IMG/VR virus record: IMGVR_UViG_3300033463_000016
Span: 1 to 61,994 of that record
Direction: 5' to 3' (one strand)
Length of the DNA stretch: 61,994 nt
From: a virus
Lineage: Duplodnaviria; Heunggongvirae; Uroviricota; Caudoviricetes
The translations under genes were made by a program, and so were the position numbers. Of the stretch, positions 57,552 through 61,994 are shown one piece after another (positions within the stretch are counted from its first letter, which is position 1; each line of letters begins with the position of its first letter). Below the pieces are notes generated by a model. It saw only the letters and a list, made by a program, of their open reading frames with translations. It was not told the DNA's origin and ran no database searches.

Positions 57552-58502
57552 TTAGCTCCAAGGATTATCTACCTCCTGTAAGAATCGTGCGAGTTGACCA
57601 TTATATCTAAATACGAGATCATCTTCTGTGATTGGTTGATTGCAAAAATGCTTAATAACTTGATGAATAATATCGGGGCTAACGCACTTGAATTGTACGA
57701 CATCACTCACATATGTAGTTATAACCTTATACCAACCCCACTCGCATTTGTTCAGCCAAAACGATTCAACCCTCACCATTTCGCTTAGAGTATGCTGTTT
57801 TTCATTTATTGCATATCTAATGGTGTTTTCATTTACATCTGTATCGTTTTTTGAAATTATTATTATTTCATCATTGCTTAAACTATAAAAATTTATCTTG
57901 GATTCAAAAACATCCTTTAAGCAATGACAGATTTTCGACATTAGGAATTTTTCATATGTAACTTGCCTGCCCGGATTGCAAGCGCCAAGAATAACTTGCC
58001 TAATATATTTACTATTCTTGATATGTTCACTATTTGTAAACATAGAAATATATTCTTCCCAGGATTCTTTATTATCAAAAATTTCAGGAGAATAATATCG
58101 CAATGCTGAAAAATTTGCCTTTTTCATATCAATCGAAATAAAACTATGTGAATCATTTTCATCAATATATAGATTTCGATTTCCCACACCGGTTATTCTT
58201 ATACGTTCTTGCACACCTGGAAATTTATCTTCATTAAATCTCTTATATGCTTCGTTATCCCTGATGTGATTAATTACCGCGTCCTTAACCGAATTGTAGT
58301 ATTCAAAATAATCTTGTTCAGTTTCATATTGTTTTAGTTCTTCAATGAATAAGGCAAATTTACCGACACAATCATAAAAAGGATTAAGAATATCGAGTCT
58401 TTGCAAAAAATAAGGTTCGTCAAAGAGATTGATCGGTATGTTATTATCCTTGCAAAATCTCTTTTTCAAACCTATAGATTGTAATACTTCTTCTTTTGTC
58501 AT
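57552..58502 (-). CDS. Conserved-looking hypothetical protein, possibly a palm-type nucleotidyltransferase
   Basis: 'FISIDMKKANF', 'KYIRQVILG' and 'SNDEIII' are spaced like polymerase motifs A/B/C (inference). Confidence 0.4.
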   Translation of the reverse strand: MTKEEVLQSIGLKKRFCKDNNIPINLFDEPYFLQRLDILNPFYDCVGKFALFIEELKQYETEQDYFEYYNSVKDAVINHIRDNEAYKRFNEDKFPGVQERIRITGVGNRNLYIDENDSHSFISIDMKKANFSALRYYSPEIFDNKESWEEYISMFTNSEHIKNSKYIRQVILGACNPGRQVTYEKFLMSKICHCLKDVFESKINFYSLSNDEIIIISKNDTDVNENTIRYAINEKQHTLSEMVRVESFWLNKCEWGWYKVITTYVSDVVQFKCVSPDIIHQVIKHFCNQPITEDDLVFRYNGQLARFLQEVDNPWS

Positions 58503-59543
58503 TTATACCTCTCTATGTGCCGAACCAACAACAACTCTTTCGTTGACTCTCTCCACTAAATCCATAACCTTTGTCATATCGGGAGTTTCGGGCAACTCGG
58601 TTGTTTCTTTAAGTTTATCTAAGTGAGCTTCATATTCATCAACGATCTCATAGAACTCTTTTGTCGGCTGCCTGTTATCGTCCAAGTATTTGCCATTTCG
58701 GATGTCCATAAGGAAATCGTGTTCTCTTTCTCTGAATGTGATAATCTCGCCATTTTCAAGAATATCAAAAGCCATCAAATAGAGCCTGACTAAGTGCATC
58801 ATATGCTTACCGAGTTTGTTATGCTCAATCGCATTTTCATTGCGCTTGCCGATCTTGTTATACATTCTAATGATATTCGTCATATCATTGAGCATACCAC
58901 GATGATCCCGTAGCGGATAATGCGTAATGTTCACATCACAATAAATCTCAGTATCATATTCTTCTCTCGGAGATTTATCAATATATAGTTTGATAGAATC
59001 GTCCGGCATTTCAAAATATCTGGATTTGAACTCTGATGATGCGTGTTCGATACTTTTCAAAATGTGTCGCTCTAACTGACTCTGACTAACCAATCTGGCT
59101 GATTTGTTTTCCAAGCGCCTAAGTTGAGCGTTGGCATAACCACCAAAAGAGTAAATCGCTCGCTTTGAAAGGAACAGATGTCTACTTGCAATTAGTTCCT
59201 TTCCGGCGTCAGTTAAGAACAGATAATGTTCTGGCTTTAATCCGAGTATTTCAATGGTATTAGGATTACAAGATGTTAATAACTGAATGATCTTATCGAA
59301 CGAATAAATAGTGGTATCTGTCGGAACATCAACTACCTGTTCAAAATCTGTATTGGTCAGAATATTACGCTTGCTATTGGTCGCTATCCCCCGGATGTCA
59401 ATATCAGAATCAGCATTATTAGTGCCGTATGCGTGGCTCCCACCAAATCCGATCAAACAGATATTGTCACCTAAATTCGGATTTTTTCTAAGGAAATCGT
59501 ATTGCTCGGAAGTAATAATTTCATTGATATTTGTTACGCTCAA
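58503..59543 (-). CDS. Pol-beta superfamily nucleotidyltransferase (Nuc-transf/RlaP-like)
   Basis: 'GGSHAYGTNNADSDIDIRG', 'NPNTIEIL' and 'KHMMHLVRL'. Confidence 0.85.
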   Translation of the reverse strand: MSVTNINEIITSEQYDFLRKNPNLGDNICLIGFGGSHAYGTNNADSDIDIRGIATNSKRNILTNTDFEQVVDVPTDTTIYSFDKIIQLLTSCNPNTIEILGLKPEHYLFLTDAGKELIASRHLFLSKRAIYSFGGYANAQLRRLENKSARLVSQSQLERHILKSIEHASSEFKSRYFEMPDDSIKLYIDKSPREEYDTEIYCDVNITHYPLRDHRGMLNDMTNIIRMYNKIGKRNENAIEHNKLGKHMMHLVRLYLMAFDILENGEIITFREREHDFLMDIRNGKYLDDNRQPTKEFYEIVDEYEAHLDKLKETTELPETPDMTKVMDLVERVNERVVVGSAHREV

Positions 59544-59568
59544 ATCTCACTCACATCCTTATAATATA

Positions 59569-59597
59569 ATTGTAGCCGATAAATTTTCAGTTGTAAA
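59569..59597 (-). promoter_or_regulatory. sigmaA-type promoter
   Basis: TTTACA-17 nt-TACAAT upstream of the 59543 start. Confidence 0.6.
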
Positions 59598-59684
59598 TAC
59601 TCTTTGTTTTATTTCTTGAATAATTTACATATACTTAACATTTTATTAAAATATGATGATTTAGTTAGGAATAGCCCCACATTA

Positions 59685-59984
59685 TTATGCAGGGCTATAA
59701 CCTCGTGTTTCTATTCTATTACTGCGAATAAACCACCGGATATGTTGGTTTACACTATCGGGTATAAGCTGACTCATATCTATGATTGCCAACGCCTCGT
59801 CGTCCGTAATGGCGATACGATCAAAATCGTGATCCTCTTTAGTGTCGAGTCCAAAGTCTTTCGTAAACTGATCCTCGAAATTAACCCATTCGTCCCTCGC
59901 TGCTTCCGTGTCGAATACCGCTACATCGGCATACTTGTCCATAAAACCATCCATTTTGAATCGTGCAAAGTACATTGTTTTCAT
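59685..59984 (-). CDS. Small acidic hypothetical protein with its own promoter
   Basis: 99 aa; flanked by a promoter and a downstream hairpin (59671-59698). Confidence 0.6.
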   Translation of the reverse strand: MKTMYFARFKMDGFMDKYADVAVFDTEAARDEWVNFEDQFTKDFGLDTKEDHDFDRIAITDDEALAIIDMSQLIPDSVNQHIRWFIRSNRIETRGYSPA

Positions 59985-60047
59985 CCTTCTTTCATAACTT
60001 CACTTTTGAGCCTCACTTATTCAAACATACATTCGACTCTATAATTA

Positions 60048-60076
60048 ATTGTAGCAAAGTTATTTTGATTTGTCAA
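60048..60076 (-). promoter_or_regulatory. Strong sigmaA-type promoter
   Basis: TTGACA-17 nt-TACAAT with an extended TG. Confidence 0.75.
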
Positions 60077-60086
60077 CAGACAATTC

Positions 60087-60554
60087 TTAGTCAAATAATT
60101 CATTCAGCGATCCACACTTAGGACAGGCACATACATTTTTGCTCAATTCGGTAAGTGTGTGACCACAATTATCACAAACATACACATTAATTACTTCGTG
60201 TTTTAAGCCGCCCCATTCATCTTCTTTGAGTCGGAATCGCTGTGATTTCTTCCAATGTCCCTTTTTAACAGTAGATGGCTTATATAATTTCGCACGTTCT
60301 TCCAGTAGTTTAATCTTAAACTTATTGTCATCAATTATTCCCTGCAAATGTGTAATCTTTTGTTTTAACGAACAGTTCTCAGCAAGTATTTGAGTTAATC
60401 CTTCAGTTGACGCATCTCCATCCGGTGTAGCAGACTCCATATTAAGAACCAACTGTTCAATTCCCAATTTTTCATATGCGTGTCTATATAAACCGTGTTT
60501 ATCCAGATTATCACGCAATGCCTGAATTAAATCATCTCTATTGATTAATGACAT
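60087..60554 (-). CDS. Hypothetical protein with C-terminal zinc ribbon
   Basis: 'LINRDDL' start; CDNC...CPKC. Confidence 0.65.
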   Translation of the reverse strand: MSLINRDDLIQALRDNLDKHGLYRHAYEKLGIEQLVLNMESATPDGDASTEGLTQILAENCSLKQKITHLQGIIDDNKFKIKLLEERAKLYKPSTVKKGHWKKSQRFRLKEDEWGGLKHEVINVYVCDNCGHTLTELSKNVCACPKCGSLNELFD

Positions 60555-60615
60555 ACAGAATCCTCATTTCAAATAATTTGGCACGTTAGATAGATTCTCT
60601 GTAAATCTAATATTT

Positions 60616-61767
60616 TCATATACTACCCTCCCAAGGAAACATATTGATACCGAAATGACCAAATTTTGCAGTTTCATAAAAGGAAAAATTCTTATGTCTA
60701 CATCTGAGTATTGATGATTCATTAGGATCGAAAGTCACGAAATCATTTCTTTTCGGAACTTGACCTAAACACAAATCATTTATAATTCTATCCGGCGTAC
60801 ACTCTTTATATAACCTTTGGATTTCAGTTCTTGTACTATGAGGCTGCCAATTGGGATCATTATCTCTATTGGTTTTAATGTAAATCGCCAAAGGCTCTCT
60901 CATACCGATAGCATATGATAACTGAACTTGTACCCAATCAAGATCAGTGTTCTCATACAGATAACTCAGTGCAATACTTCTTGCCTTGTATGCTCCGCTG
61001 CGATCAACTTTTGTTGGGTCTTTGCCAGAAAAGGCTCCACCACCGACAGGAGCAAAACCTTGATATGTATCGCAAACGATTTTTCTGCCGGTAAGTCCGG
61101 CGTCACCATCGAATCCACCAATCAGAAACTTTCCTGTTGGATTGATATGAAAATTCTCAATAGCAATGTAATGCTGATGACAGAGATCACGGAGATAGTT
61201 CATAATGATTATATCGGTCTGTTCCCTATGTTCTTCCGTATTCTGATATGAAACAACGAAATCCTTAATGTATCTCAGTTTTCCCTGTTCATCATAACAT
61301 CCTGTAATTTGAGCCTTACCATCGGGCAAAAATCTGGAATCACTTCTTCTTAACTCGTCATAATACATTGAGAAAGTTTGAAGAATATGCATAGCAAGCG
61401 GAACACCATTATCCGTGTCGCGGCAAGCATAGCCAAACATCATTCCCTGATCTCCCGCTCCACCGGTATCTACTCCTTGCGATATGTCAAGTGATTGGTA
61501 TCCGAGATTATTAATAATCTGATAATCCGTACTATAACCAACATCATTGAGGACAAATTTTACGCATTCTTCAACATTTACCTTGGCTTGTGAAGTGACT
61601 TCTCCGGTTACAAAAATCTTGCCCTTTCCGCCCACAACTTCGATCGCACATCTGCTAAATGGGTCTTGTTTGAGATATTGGTCGAGCAGATAATCACTAA
61701 TCTGATCCGCTACTTTGTCCGGATGTCCTCTGAACACCATTTCGTTACTATAAAACACGTAATTCAT
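60616..61767 (-). CDS. metK: S-adenosylmethionine synthetase
   Basis: 'GHPDKVADQISD', 'GAGDQG', 'DGKAQIT' and 'GDAGLTGRK...GGGAFSGKDPTKVDRS'. Confidence 0.95.
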   Translation of the reverse strand: MNYVFYSNEMVFRGHPDKVADQISDYLLDQYLKQDPFSRCAIEVVGGKGKIFVTGEVTSQAKVNVEECVKFVLNDVGYSTDYQIINNLGYQSLDISQGVDTGGAGDQGMMFGYACRDTDNGVPLAMHILQTFSMYYDELRRSDSRFLPDGKAQITGCYDEQGKLRYIKDFVVSYQNTEEHREQTDIIIMNYLRDLCHQHYIAIENFHINPTGKFLIGGFDGDAGLTGRKIVCDTYQGFAPVGGGAFSGKDPTKVDRSGAYKARSIALSYLYENTDLDWVQVQLSYAIGMREPLAIYIKTNRDNDPNWQPHSTRTEIQRLYKECTPDRIINDLCLGQVPKRNDFVTFDPNESSILRCRHKNFSFYETAKFGHFGINMFPWEGSI

Positions 61768-61776
61768 CCTTTCATT

Positions 61777-61977
61777 TTAGTTATAGTCTATCAACATTGG
61801 CTCCCATACCATTTTGATAAATGTGTGCTTAACCATTGCCTGATACATAACCATATTTACACGATGAGCCTTGAATGTATCCATATCCACCATAACATAC
61901 AGCACACTTCCATTGCTGAAATATACAGTGTAATTCACATTACAAGGAATAATTTTTGTTATTCCCAAATCGGGCAA
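61777..61977 (-). CDS. Hypothetical protein at the window edge (start uncertain)
   Basis: 66-aa ORF upstream of metK. Confidence 0.4.
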   Translation of the reverse strand: MPDLGITKIIPCNVNYTVYFSNGSVLYVMVDMDTFKAHRVNMVMYQAMVKHTFIKMVWEPMLIDYN

Positions 61978-61994
61978 TGATAATAAGTATTCGA

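Noticed and set aside
27068-57561. Long ORF-track N-terminal extensions (e.g., thyA from 28027, nuclease from 32535, SNF2 from 54978, cca from 57561)
   Set aside because: They overlap upstream genes extensively and lack SD sites; downstream SD-supported starts were used instead.
710-61980. Numerous antisense or alternate-frame ORFs in the ORF track (e.g., 7553..7831, 16523..16747, 20230..20619, 56705..57493, 59604..60044, 61666..61980)
   Set aside because: They overlap well-supported genes or non-coding elements and lack SD sites and recognisable motifs.
1-61994. A second DGR target (additional VR)
   Set aside because: No second TR-like segment was seen by eye; only a 9-bp chance match (TTGCGTTCT near 18746). 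A computational scan, including sequence outside the window, is still needed.

Overview
62-kb segment of a large temperate phage, probably of an anaerobic Bacillota (Clostridia-like) host, judged from GGAGG Shine-Dalgarno (SD) sites, sigmaA promoters and a class III ribonucleotide reductase. The + strand (1-19457) carries tail/baseplate genes, a lysis cassette and a complete diversity-generating retroelement (DGR). The DGR has a 2457-aa target with VR at 15358-15491, a double-length Avd, TR at 16426-16559 (14/14 TR-VR mismatches fall at TR adenines) and an RT. The - strand (19519-end) carries a tyrosine integrase, an apparently intact attP, an excisionase-like gene, dNTP-supply enzymes (dut, nrdD/G, folA, thyA), a DnaE/DnaG/DnaB/SSB/Sak replication module, RNA/tRNA-repair enzymes, DNA methyltransferases, metK and many small hypothetical genes. 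Two observations look most unusual. (1) The attP appears to use an isolated tRNA-Cys anticodon arm as its core, followed 24 nt later by a complete tRNA-Cys with a different anticodon stem; this suggests disrupt-and-replace integration rather than the usual restoration of the tRNA half. (2) Several replication/nucleotide genes (dnaB, sak, a PD-(D/E)XK nuclease, thyA, a ClpP-like gene) have near-cognate codons (ATA, ATC, ACG, ATT) exactly where the SD predicts the start, mostly where ATG would cost nothing. All family assignments come from motif recognition by eye; no database searches were run.
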